64,000 nt of DNA from Bacillota bacterium. GTDB lineage: Bacteria > Bacillota_I > Bacilli_A > RFN20 > CAG-288. The stretch covers positions 30,064 through 94,063 of the forward strand of contig DAISOU010000003.1 of assembly GCA_036830315.1 (NCBI GenBank), read 5' to 3'. Below, piece by piece: positions 28,094-37,381 of this stretch. The notes beneath the pieces were generated by a model. That model was not told the DNA's origin, searched no databases, and worked only from the letters and a program-made list of their open reading frames with translations. The translations under genes were made by a program, and so were the position numbers. Every line of letters starts with the position of its first letter. Positions within the stretch are counted from its first letter, which is position 1.

Positions 28094-30262
28094 ATGAAAT
28101 ACAACAGGCTTATTCTTCTTTTATCTTCGCTCTCACTAGTAGCAGTATCTTCCTGCAATTCTCAGAGCTCAGACAATAGCTCTTCCTCGGTCGTAGCAAC
28201 GACAAAGAAACTGTCGATTTCCTATTATCCGACTAACATGTATAACCAATATGATTCTCTTGATCTCTCTGACTTAGCTGTAAGCGCTCAGTTATTTGAA
28301 GGAGACACTCAGACTGGCCTAGAAGCTACAGTCTCCGATTATTCTTTAGTCTGGGCTGATAGCGGACAGAGAGCCTATGACGGAGAAATATTACTGACTT
28401 CTGCCGATTCTATGAGTGTTTTGGTTACTAAAGAGGGCTATGTCTCCACATCATTTACAATTTCCGTCAATCCCTCCTCGTCTTTCACTCAGACTCTGAA
28501 AGTGACTTCCGGAATCGTCAATTCCTATAAGCCTAATTCATCGTTTGATCCAACTGGATTAGTAGTTTTGATGAAAACTAGTTATGTCGATGAAGATCAA
28601 ATCGTTCATAATAGCAGCAAAACCTTATCAAAAGATGAATATTCAATTTCGATAACCACGCCCTCAGATGAAACCGAAGCCGTTTTTTCTTCGTATGCTC
28701 TGACTGAAAGCGGCGCTTATAAAATCACCATCAGGGCCGACGGATACAATGATGTCAAACTATCTGTTTCTTATAGTATCTATGTCTATAAAGATATTGA
28801 TATGTCACCCAAGACCTATACTGATAGCACTATCAGCTGGGATAGCGATGATACGACAATGACCGTCAACATCAAAAATCCCAATAAAGAATCTACTTCC
28901 GACAAAGGATATTATTCTCCCGAAGAAGTAGACTGTGACTACAATATCTTTTCTTATGGCAAAAATTCTGCCACAGGCTGGGTTACAACACCGACAACGG
29001 GAAAAGTCCCCCTGCTGGTGATTCCGATAAAGGTTCCGGGAACAACTACTGCAACCGAAGAAAACTGGTCTTTGATCAACAAGGCCTTCTTTGGTGATTC
29101 TCAAGATCTTGACTTTGAATCCCTCCACTCCTATTACTACAAATCAAGTTTTGGTCAGCTTGATTTCACCGGTGCCATCACTGAATGGTTCGATACTGAA
29201 AAAGAAACCACTGATTTGAAAAAGCAATCAGATTTTGATTATTATTCAGTCGGAAATTTAGCAAGTGAGGCTGTGACCTGGGCACAGAAGACCTACAATC
29301 TCGATCTTTCAAAATACGATTACAATAAGGATGGAATAATCGACGGCGTATGGTTGGTCTACTCAAAGCCGGCTATCTCAGGAGATGATGTCTGGTGGGG
29401 TTATACTAGCAGCACTTCAAAGTCAGGAACCGTCAACAATCCTGTCGTCAACACTTATGGCTGGGTGTCAGTCAACTTCCTCGATGGCACTGTATATAAC
29501 AAACCTACTGAATGTGATGCCCATGTTCTGATTCACGAAAGCGGACATTTCCTAGGCTTAAACGACTATTACTCATACAATTCCACAACTTATTCTCCTT
29601 TAGGAACAGTCGATATGATGGATCTCAATATCGGTGACCACAACCCTTATTCAAAACTCCTCTATGGCTGGGTCAAACCATATATCGTCTATGGAAACGA
29701 CGTGACTATCACCTTAAAATCATCGCAGTTAAAGGACAATCTGATAATCATCCCCTATGATTCAAAGACCTATTCCGACACCGACGGAGACGTCCTTATC
29801 AACTTCAATATGTTTGATGAATACTTAGTTGTCGACTATTACACCGATCAGAATCTAAATGGCTCTGATTATAATATGTATTCTGCTTTGCATGTAAGGG
29901 GAAAAGGAATCCGTCTCTATCACGTCGATAGCCGCCTGATGATTTACGCTAAATCCAGTTACACTTTGCCTTCTGATCCGGATTCGGCCTTGACTAGCAA
30001 CAGTCTCTATCATGTGATTTCCAATTCTGAAGCCGGAAGCCGAGGCGAAGAACACTACAATTCTCAATTCAATAATGCCTGGGATGAGATCAGATGGATT
30101 GATTCTGATCCTACTAGTTATATGAGCGGCAGTCATAAAGCAACTAATTCAAGCCTCTTTAAAACCGGAGACAGTTTTACCCTAGATTCTTATTCTTCAC
30201 AGTTCGTCAATGGAAAATTTGACAACGAAAAAGACTGTTCCTATATAATATCTGTTCGATAA
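28094..30262 (+). CDS. Surface lipoprotein zinc metalloprotease (M6/immune-inhibitor-A-like HExxHxxGxxD) with two N-terminal Ig-like repeats
   Basis: 722 aa with lipobox AVSS-C and two roughly 100-aa repeats of Ig-like pattern. The motif HESGHFLGLNDYY resembles the M6 family HExGHxLGLxDxY. Confidence 0.7.
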   Translation: MKYNRLILLLSSLSLVAVSSCNSQSSDNSSSSVVATTKKLSISYYPTNMYNQYDSLDLSDLAVSAQLFEGDTQTGLEATVSDYSLVWADSGQRAYDGEILLTSADSMSVLVTKEGYVSTSFTISVNPSSSFTQTLKVTSGIVNSYKPNSSFDPTGLVVLMKTSYVDEDQIVHNSSKTLSKDEYSISITTPSDETEAVFSSYALTESGAYKITIRADGYNDVKLSVSYSIYVYKDIDMSPKTYTDSTISWDSDDTTMTVNIKNPNKESTSDKGYYSPEEVDCDYNIFSYGKNSATGWVTTPTTGKVPLLVIPIKVPGTTTATEENWSLINKAFFGDSQDLDFESLHSYYYKSSFGQLDFTGAITEWFDTEKETTDLKKQSDFDYYSVGNLASEAVTWAQKTYNLDLSKYDYNKDGIIDGVWLVYSKPAISGDDVWWGYTSSTSKSGTVNNPVVNTYGWVSVNFLDGTVYNKPTECDAHVLIHESGHFLGLNDYYSYNSTTYSPLGTVDMMDLNIGDHNPYSKLLYGWVKPYIVYGNDVTITLKSSQLKDNLIIIPYDSKTYSDTDGDVLINFNMFDEYLVVDYYTDQNLNGSDYNMYSALHVRGKGIRLYHVDSRLMIYAKSSYTLPSDPDSALTSNSLYHVISNSEAGSRGEEHYNSQFNNAWDEIRWIDSDPTSYMSGSHKATNSSLFKTGDSFTLDSYSSQFVNGKFDNEKDCSYIISVR

Positions 30263-30282
30263 AACAGAAAAGAAGACATAAA

Positions 30283-30330
30283 AAAAGAACGCGGACTCAG
30301 GTACATTTCTACCTAGATCCGCGTTCTTTT
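30283..30330. terminator. Bidirectional terminator between convergent genes
   Basis: The stem AAAAGAACGCGGA / TCCGCGTTCTTTT has A- and T-tracts on the two sides. Confidence 0.7.
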
Positions 30331-30332
30331 TA

Positions 30333-31379
30333 TTAATCAGTTATATGACTTTCGTGCTTTCTCTGATATCGGACCAGAGAATAAGATCCAAAGAAGCCAG
30401 CTACCATCAAAGGAAGAGAAATAGCAAGATCAATGATGCTCTTTTGAGTAAGACCGTTAGCCCAGGCGACATAGATGGCGACAGAATCCGTATTGAGGAA
30501 GATGGCGATTATCGAACCTAAGGACAATCCGACAATCAGATGATAGACAAAGTCTCGATTCCAGGAGAACAGTTTATCGATGACCTTCGAGGTCAAGACA
30601 AATCCTAAGATGACTCCAACCGCCATAAGAAGATAGAAAGCGAAGATCTGCGGATACAATTTGAAGTATTCCATACTGACTGAGGAAACCAAGGCTTTGA
30701 AGTAACCGATCATCATCAAGAAGGCAGTAGCACTAAGTCCCGGGACGACCTGAGTGAGACCTAAGACAAAGCCTATCGGAACGGCGATGACATATAACCA
30801 CCAGGGGAAGTCTTTGAAGGTATCGATTGCCAGCTGATAGTCTTTAGTGTCTTCTCCCTGAGTCAATGACAGATATGGATCTTCAAACGATCCTTTTGAT
30901 AACAAGACGGCAATTCCGCCGATAAGAAGAGGAACTAAGATTCCGGAAAGGAAGACCAGAGACTTTCCAGTGGTTTTAGAAGAGCCTTTGATTTCCTGGA
31001 AGACAACAGGGAAGGAGCCTATCATCAAACCGGCAAAGCAGCAGATCATGGCGAAAGGCACTATACCCAAAAGCCATTTGATAGCAAAGAAACCGGCTGG
31101 GAATCCGACGATGAATCCGATGCCTATCGGAAGAAGGAAGAAAAAGCATTTAGAGAATTTCTTAAATAGATTTCCGAAGGCGAATATCATCTTGTCATAT
31201 AGTTTAAAGATAATGGCGATAGCGGCTCCCGATATTCCTGGAACGACTACGGCAATACCTAAGATGATGCCAAACAGAAAGCTTAGCCACCATTTCTTCG
31301 TATTGTATTTTCCTAATACGTCTTCATATTCAATTGCCTTTTCAGGTTCTTTGTTTTCGTTTTTATTTTCTTCTGACAT
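30333..31379 (-). CDS. DUF368-family membrane protein (candidate polyprenyl-phosphate translocase)
   Basis: Polytopic membrane protein with duplicated VPG(I/L)S(G/A) motifs (VVVPGISGAAIA and QVVPGLSATAF), as in DUF368. I chose the ATG at 31379, which has GGGAGA upstream. The ORF-track start at 31445 has no RBS. Confidence 0.75.
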   Translation of the reverse strand: MSEENKNENKEPEKAIEYEDVLGKYNTKKWWLSFLFGIILGIAVVVPGISGAAIAIIFKLYDKMIFAFGNLFKKFSKCFFFLLPIGIGFIVGFPAGFFAIKWLLGIVPFAMICCFAGLMIGSFPVVFQEIKGSSKTTGKSLVFLSGILVPLLIGGIAVLLSKGSFEDPYLSLTQGEDTKDYQLAIDTFKDFPWWLYVIAVPIGFVLGLTQVVPGLSATAFLMMIGYFKALVSSVSMEYFKLYPQIFAFYLLMAVGVILGFVLTSKVIDKLFSWNRDFVYHLIVGLSLGSIIAIFLNTDSVAIYVAWANGLTQKSIIDLAISLPLMVAGFFGSYSLVRYQRKHESHITD

Positions 31380-31498
31380 GGTTCTTTCTCCCGTATGGTA
31401 AAGATTATACAAGTCTAAAGAAGAAGAAGAAATCAAAATTGACATGAAAAGGTTTTTAAGCAGTCAGAAAAACAGTTCTTCCTGACACTTCAGTAAAG

Positions 31499-31896
31499 TT
31501 ATCCACAATTATTTTTACCATGGCGAAAGTCTTTATACTAGCCTGTTTTTTATGTTGCTTTTTCATTGTGCTTTTCAGTAGATAACTATTGTTGATAATT
31601 TGCTGTCAAAGTGGATAAGTACTTAGACTTATCAACAGGTTATCAACAGAAAAAGCGGTTATCAACAGGGTGTTGATAAGTGTTTTAAATCATTGTTAGT
31701 TTAGACAAAACACCTTATTTTATCGTATTTTTTAGTTGTGGATAACCTAGATAATTGTTAGTAGTTATCAACTTATCAACAACGAAGTTATCAACATCCG
31801 ATTTATCAACAGGTTATCCACAATAGCTCTTGTGTGGATAAGTTGTTTTAAGTAAATTTTCTAAGTAAATAAAAATTGTACTAAAATTGTGGATAA
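31499..31896. promoter_or_regulatory. oriC part 1: dense DnaA-box cluster upstream of dnaA
   Basis: Perfect TTATCCACA occurs at 31499(+), 31737(-), 31814(+), 31833(-) and 31888(-). TTATCAACA occurs at 31590(-), 31629(+), 31640(+), 31659(+), 31671(-), 31773(+), 31788(+) and 31803(+). TTATCCACT is at 31610(-) and TTATCAACT at 31765(+). Confidence 0.9.
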
Positions 31897-31976
31897 CTAT
31901 TTTTAAGTTAGAAAACTCTTAACTTATCAGTGCCGTTACCTTATAATTTTACTTGCAATTGTAAAGAGATATTAAA

Positions 31977-33344
31977 ATGCACGAAACCACTAAAGACCGC
32001 CAGGTCCAAAACATATACAGCCAATTGTTAGAAGAGCTTAGAATTCAGATTAAGCCCAAGCTTTTTGACAATTTCTTTTCTGCTGATTCTTTTGACCTTA
32101 AATCCTTAGATGGAGGCAAGGCTGTCTTTGTCGCTGATTCCGAGTCTAATGCGACAATGATCAAAGCTGCTTTCCTTCCTCTTATATCTGAATCTCTGAG
32201 TAAAATCACTGAGACAAAATACTTAGTTGAGATAACAGATCGTATTTCCTATCTCAAGAGAAAGAATGCGGTCGAACAGGCCGATACGAAGTTCTTCCAG
32301 AACTGTCATATCTCTTCCTTATATACCTTTGATAACTTTGTCATCGGTCCTTCCAATAAAAATGCATATCTAGCTGCCTTATATGCGATTGAAAACCCGG
32401 GTAAAAGCAATCCTATCTTCCTTTATTCCAATTCCGGCATGGGTAAGACTCACCTGCTTCAGGCTATCGGAAACGCCTATAAACTCAAGAAACCTGAAAG
32501 CAAAGTCCTTTATATAACAACTGATGACTTCGTTTCGGAATTTGTCCGTTTCATCAAAGGAAACAAAGGGAGCGAAAATCTTAAAGATTTCTTCTCCACT
32601 GTCGATTTCCTTCTCGTTGACGATATTCAGTTTTTAGCCGGAAAAGAAGATACTCAGGTCATGTTCTTCAATGTCTTCAACCTGATGGTATCTCAGGGAA
32701 AGCAGATTGTCCTGACTTCCGATAGAAGTCCGTCAGAATTAAAAGGTCTTCAGGATCGTTTGGTATCTAGATTCTCAGGCGGTCTTTCAATCGGAATATC
32801 GAATCCGGAAAAAGAGACTCTGATTGAGATTCTCAAGATGAAAATAAAAGCCAACGGACTGTCAGTCGATCTCTTTGATACTGATGTCCTGACATACTTA
32901 GCCTATAACTATTCCAAAAACGTCCGTGAATTAGAAGGAGCCTTTACTAAACTCCTCTTCGCTCTCACCATTCACAAAGATATCAAGCAGGTGACCTTGG
33001 ACTTCACTAAGACAATCTTTGAAGACGATGAAGTTAGGAGAGCGAAGACTGGTAAAGTCGATATCTCTTCTATCATCCAGGCCACAGCTGAATACTATTC
33101 CCTGACTGAGACTCAGCTAAAATCAAAAGTCCGAACCAGCCAGATTGCCTTAGCAAGACAGATAGCGATGTACTTGTCCAGAAATCTACTTGATCTTCCC
33201 TATCAGGAAATAGGCCGACAGTTTGGCAAAGATCACTCGACTGTCTTAGCTAACGTATCGAAGATTCAGAAGACTTTAGATAACGATCCTTCTCTTCGCA
33301 AAGCCGTAAATGACTTGTCTTCTCAAGTCAGAAAAGCAATATAA
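31977..33344 (+). CDS. dnaA: Chromosomal replication initiator protein DnaA
   Basis: 455 aa. It has the AAA+ Walker A site (SNSGMGKTHLLQAIGN), the Walker B site (LLVDDIQFL) and the C-terminal DNA-binding helix region (DHSTVLANVSKI). Confidence 0.97.
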   Translation: MHETTKDRQVQNIYSQLLEELRIQIKPKLFDNFFSADSFDLKSLDGGKAVFVADSESNATMIKAAFLPLISESLSKITETKYLVEITDRISYLKRKNAVEQADTKFFQNCHISSLYTFDNFVIGPSNKNAYLAALYAIENPGKSNPIFLYSNSGMGKTHLLQAIGNAYKLKKPESKVLYITTDDFVSEFVRFIKGNKGSENLKDFFSTVDFLLVDDIQFLAGKEDTQVMFFNVFNLMVSQGKQIVLTSDRSPSELKGLQDRLVSRFSGGLSIGISNPEKETLIEILKMKIKANGLSVDLFDTDVLTYLAYNYSKNVRELEGAFTKLLFALTIHKDIKQVTLDFTKTIFEDDEVRRAKTGKVDISSIIQATAEYYSLTETQLKSKVRTSQIALARQIAMYLSRNLLDLPYQEIGRQFGKDHSTVLANVSKIQKTLDNDPSLRKAVNDLSSQVRKAI

Positions 33345-33352
33345 AAGCATAT

Positions 33353-33377
33353 AAAAAGGCTCTTTCGAGCCTTTTTT
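33353..33377. terminator. Bidirectional terminator after dnaA
   Basis: AAAAAGGCTC-TTTC-GAGCCTTTTTT lies between convergent genes. Confidence 0.7.
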
Positions 33378-33395
33378 GATGAAATAAGCTTAATT

Positions 33396-34442
33396 CTACT
33401 CTTTTCTCATGTGCCCTTTTCTGGAATGAATTCTGATAGATCCACCTTGAGTCTTCACCAATGACTTAGCATAGTCGATAGCCTGAGCCTGCGTGTCGAA
33501 GAGCTTGATAGCTTTCTGTCCGGTAGCTAATTTGACCTGCCAGACACCAGAAGGCTGTCTTCCGATATGATAAACACGAGGTCCGTCTCCATAGCCTTTT
33601 GCCTTAGCTTCCTTCTCAGCTTTGATCTCGTTCTTCTCTTCCTCTTCTTCACTTCCCTCATCTACTTCTTCAATTTTGATATCTTCTTTTTTCTTCATAT
33701 TATCGTCTCCTTTTTCACTATCATCGTTCTTCTCTTCTTTCACATCGTCAACAGACTCTTCTTTGACTTCTTTTTCATCATTATCAGTGCAAGGCAGAGC
33801 TTCTGCCGTTTTCTTTTCTTTGTTCAACACGTTTGTGCCAAGAACTAAAAGGAAAGAGATTATCTCTGTTCCTATGACCATTCCTAACACCCAGAGAAGA
33901 GAAACCCACCATTGCTGATTGTTGATGTCCATGAAGAAGTAAGGAGGTTCAATAGTATTTACGGCAACAAGAGGAATGATTATAGCCGCATAAAGAACCA
34001 TAGGTATGACTCCGTAGAGGGAATCAAAGAACGAGAATCTTTCTCCTTTGTCTATATCTATAAAGAGGAAGGAGATAATTCCGATAAGCGGGAAGACCGT
34101 ATGTACCCAGAGAGAATAAGATGGCTCATATGCCATACTCCATCTGCCGGTAATTGGACAAAGACAGCAATAGACAGTAATCAGAGTCAGAGTTACACCG
34201 ACTGTACCAGCAAGTTTAAAAATCAGAGCGGCTTTAGGCACTTTTGTTCCCTTTATAATACTTATTGTCTGGAAAAGAGCAAAGACTAAGGCGGAAAGAG
34301 CAAAGAGAATGTTGCTGTCATTAGTGAACATGACAAATGTATTCGTTCCGTTCTTTAGATAGTGAAGGCAAAGGACGACAGCTTCTCCCAGAAATACCAA
34401 ATATGACAGAACAGCGGAAACAAGCTTTCGATTTCTATTCAT
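33396..34442 (-). CDS. Fusion protein: about 6-TM membrane domain, acidic Lys/Glu/Asp linker and C-terminal DUF2188 domain
   Basis: 348 aa. The N-terminal ~200 aa are hydrophobic helices, with an FTNDSNILFA motif. A low-complexity linker follows (EEKNDDSEKGDD...EEEEEKNE). The C-terminus YHIGRQPSGVWQVKLATGQKAIKLFDTQAQAIDYAKSLVKTQGGSIRIHSRKG fits the DUF2188 pattern. Confidence 0.7.
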   Translation of the reverse strand: MNRNRKLVSAVLSYLVFLGEAVVLCLHYLKNGTNTFVMFTNDSNILFALSALVFALFQTISIIKGTKVPKAALIFKLAGTVGVTLTLITVYCCLCPITGRWSMAYEPSYSLWVHTVFPLIGIISFLFIDIDKGERFSFFDSLYGVIPMVLYAAIIIPLVAVNTIEPPYFFMDINNQQWWVSLLWVLGMVIGTEIISFLLVLGTNVLNKEKKTAEALPCTDNDEKEVKEESVDDVKEEKNDDSEKGDDNMKKKEDIKIEEVDEGSEEEEEKNEIKAEKEAKAKGYGDGPRVYHIGRQPSGVWQVKLATGQKAIKLFDTQAQAIDYAKSLVKTQGGSIRIHSRKGHMRKE

Positions 34443-34672
34443 GGCGGGATTATTCCTTTCTTACCATTTCAATTTTAATTCATATAAAAGAAAAAAGATA
34501 ATTATTTATCTGCAAATACCTTTTTATTTGCTCTTTCTTCTAAAATTTATTCTCAATATCATCAGAACATAATAGATTGAGTGTAAATCCCATTTTTTAT
34601 AAAATGCGTTCTAATTGTGAATGTTCTTAATAAATGCTATTCTTATCGTGATATAAAGAGATCAGTAAATTT

Positions 34673-36889
34673 ATGAAAAAAATCAAATTCAAATTTCTCT
34701 TGTTGCCTCTTTCGTTCGCTTTGTCAGTCTCCTCCTGTGATCAGGTCACTTTTGCAAGTTCGATAACTGATAATTCTTCTGTTTCTTCTTCCGTTACAGC
34801 TGGAGTCACTTCTGATAGCGGCAATAAAACAGATTCTTCTAAAACAGATTCTTCTGCCCCTTCTTTTCCTGACAGCTCGATTTCAGCCGGTGCTTCAACA
34901 ACGGGTTCCAATTCTAAAGATGACGAAGACAATGATAAACATAACAATCTTGATAAGCTGATTGATAAAATCACTCTTTCTATCGATAATATCAGTGAAA
35001 AATACCTTTCTGACATCACTGCGACTGATATAAAAGTCTCCGTTTTTGATACAAAGCTATATAAAATCACTCTGGAATTAGACAAAGATTCCAAGGAAAA
35101 CTCCTTAGAGGTCGAATATTATCTGACTGAGATAAAAACCGACAAAAAATCAAAAAAGAAAGAAAAAGAATTCACAGGTTTCAAGCTTCCTGAATACGAA
35201 ATTGAAAAGAATCTGAATATCACTGGATTCGATGCTGACAAAAGCATAGATGAAGGATCTTCTTTTTCTTTCTCCGTCTCTCTTGCTTCTAAGCCCAGAA
35301 ACAACATCGATATCTCGTTGTCTCTTTCAAATGAAAACGGAACTCTTTCTTCTTCTCTTTTAACCTTTACTCCTCTTGATTTCAGCACTTATAAGAATGT
35401 TTCCTTATCAACCATAAAAGACACTTCTTTTGATGACAAAGACGTCTATGTTTCTTTTTCTCATTCAGGAAAAGAAATCAAAAAACGCCATTTAATCATT
35501 AAAAACATCGATATTATAGAAAAACCAACTATTATTTTTCCTTCTTCTTTGACTATCAAAAAGAATAAAAGAAGCAGTTTCTCAATATCTTTAGACAAAG
35601 CACCGAATGAAAGCACTGAAATATCTATTTCGTCTTCCAGTGACAAAGTGACCTTCGACAATAAGATTCTTGTCTTTGATAAGAACAACTACAAGACAGA
35701 ACAGGCCTTCTTCTTTACGATAGAAGAAGCCGAGACTGCTTCTTCTATCACTTTCACCTTGTCTTCTAAAGGTCTTGTCTCCAAGCAGATTCAAGTAGAC
35801 ATAGAAGAAACCGAAAAGGAAAACTTTGAATACTTAATTCCCTTTGAATCAGGCTTTATAACTGATCCCGTCTATTATTACACCGCCTATTATGACGTCG
35901 ATTTCAAAATAGAAAAACTGTCTGTATCCTTTAACAGTTCAGATGTGTTTACCGATATCACAGAGATCATGGACTCGACTTTCACAAACAACGCCTGCAT
36001 GATCTATCTCAAGACTTTCAATTTCTCTTCTAATCCTACAGTCAGATTAAAAGCCGATTATTCAAAAAAGACTGAAAAACTTGTCGGAAACCCCACTTTT
36101 GAATTAGAAGGATACCGGATAAAAGCCACTTTAGGTTCTTATACTGAGTATTTTCTTCCTTCTGCCGTCAGTCCTTATGCCCTGATCAATATTTCGACTG
36201 AAGTGAAACTTGAAAACTTCCTTCATTTCACAAGGGAATCGGCTTCCGGTGTCGTCGAAGAATTCTATCTGGCTTTACGTCCTAAATCTGGAAGCCGCTT
36301 AGCAGTAGATGGTTTATCTCCGACCAGCTTTGCCAAAGTGATAGAAGTCAGTAGTTATAGAAACAAAAGATTTTACGAACGGAACTTCCTTAACTACTAT
36401 AGTTACAACAATGACTTGAAAGTCATTACTTTTAACGACAATACTTCAAAAGACTTAGATAACTATTCTGATTGGAAAATGACTTTAAACGAATCTGTCA
36501 ATGTCTTCAATAAGACCATGGTATCCTTTGGATTAGATATCAGTTTAAAAGAAGATTCAGAAAGCAGAAACTCAGTTCATTACGGAGAACTGGATTTTGA
36601 AAGCCCTATGGGAGGAACCACGGCCGGTCTTTGTAAATTCAGCGCAACAAATAACCGCTTTGAAATTTTCCTCAACAACGGTCCTTATGTACTCCCCACT
36701 AAGGAAAAAATGAGATCAGCTATCACTCATGAGATAGGACATCTTCTGGGATTGGCCGATTTTCCTTATGCCTCATCCGATTCACTTTATTCTTATGGAC
36801 GGGATTCAGAAGTTATATATTTCCAGCCTAACGACATCGTAACTTTCAGAAGCTGGATCGATAAAGAAAACACCTCCACTTTCTTCTAG
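34673..36889 (+). CDS. Surface lipoprotein with a C-terminal metzincin-like zinc protease motif (HExxHxxGxxD)
   Basis: 738 aa with lipobox SVSS-C and a Ser/Thr/Asp-rich linker. It contains a tandem 15-nt duplication encoding KTDSS at 34826-34855. The C-terminal motif is AITHEIGHLLGLADFPY. Confidence 0.7.
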   Translation: MKKIKFKFLLLPLSFALSVSSCDQVTFASSITDNSSVSSSVTAGVTSDSGNKTDSSKTDSSAPSFPDSSISAGASTTGSNSKDDEDNDKHNNLDKLIDKITLSIDNISEKYLSDITATDIKVSVFDTKLYKITLELDKDSKENSLEVEYYLTEIKTDKKSKKKEKEFTGFKLPEYEIEKNLNITGFDADKSIDEGSSFSFSVSLASKPRNNIDISLSLSNENGTLSSSLLTFTPLDFSTYKNVSLSTIKDTSFDDKDVYVSFSHSGKEIKKRHLIIKNIDIIEKPTIIFPSSLTIKKNKRSSFSISLDKAPNESTEISISSSSDKVTFDNKILVFDKNNYKTEQAFFFTIEEAETASSITFTLSSKGLVSKQIQVDIEETEKENFEYLIPFESGFITDPVYYYTAYYDVDFKIEKLSVSFNSSDVFTDITEIMDSTFTNNACMIYLKTFNFSSNPTVRLKADYSKKTEKLVGNPTFELEGYRIKATLGSYTEYFLPSAVSPYALINISTEVKLENFLHFTRESASGVVEEFYLALRPKSGSRLAVDGLSPTSFAKVIEVSSYRNKRFYERNFLNYYSYNNDLKVITFNDNTSKDLDNYSDWKMTLNESVNVFNKTMVSFGLDISLKEDSESRNSVHYGELDFESPMGGTTAGLCKFSATNNRFEIFLNNGPYVLPTKEKMRSAITHEIGHLLGLADFPYASSDSLYSYGRDSEVIYFQPNDIVTFRSWIDKENTSTFF

Positions 36890-36987
36890 TTTTATAGGTT
36901 TTACTGCACAAGATAATGACTAGTTTTCTGATTTAGAATCTTTTGAAATCACTCTGGTTTCCTGGGGTTTTTAAGTTATATCCGGAT

Positions 36988-37190
36988 TTATCCACAATCG
37001 TTGTGGATAAATCCTTTTTTATCAACAGAGAATGTGGATAGATTTCGTTCAACAACACATAAATAAAATAAAAAGAAATCTATGAAAAGCTTCGTGTTTC
37101 ACGATAGTTTTCACACTTATCGCAACTTAGACAAAACAAAAGATTTTTCAGTTATCCACCAATCCACAGCCCCTTATTATTATCATTATC
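36988..37190. promoter_or_regulatory. oriC part 2: DnaA boxes plus a candidate unwinding module upstream of dnaN
   Basis: TTATCCACA at 36988(+) faces TGTGGATAA at 37002. TTATCAACA is at 37019(+) and CTATCCACA at 37033(-). Tandem boxes TTATCCACC and AATCCACAG lie at 37152-37169. They are followed by GCCCC (37169-37173) and the 3-nt-periodic run TTATTATTATCATTATC (37174-37190). AT-rich DNA then runs up to dnaN. Confidence 0.75.
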
Positions 37191-37381
37191 TGTAGTATTC
37201 TTTAGATTACTATATTAAGCCTTGAGGCTTGACTGACTTAATCGAAGAAAAGACGAAACGGAGCAAGGAACGAAAAAGATAAAAAATGTTGATGGATATT
37301 GAGGTTTTGTCTTTTAAATAAAGGTCTTATAGACTATAATATTATTAATATATTTATTTAATATAGAGAGGATTTTTAAAA

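Noticed and set aside
33567-33918. Plus-strand ORFs (93 and 98 aa) rich in F, L and S
   Set aside because: They are antisense to the E/K/D low-complexity linker of the membrane-DUF2188 gene. Their composition is an artefact of reading GAA/AAG repeats backwards.
37082-37195. 37-aa ORF inside the dnaN-proximal origin region
   Set aside because: It has no RBS and overlaps the DnaA boxes and the trio-like repeat. It is far more likely non-coding origin DNA.
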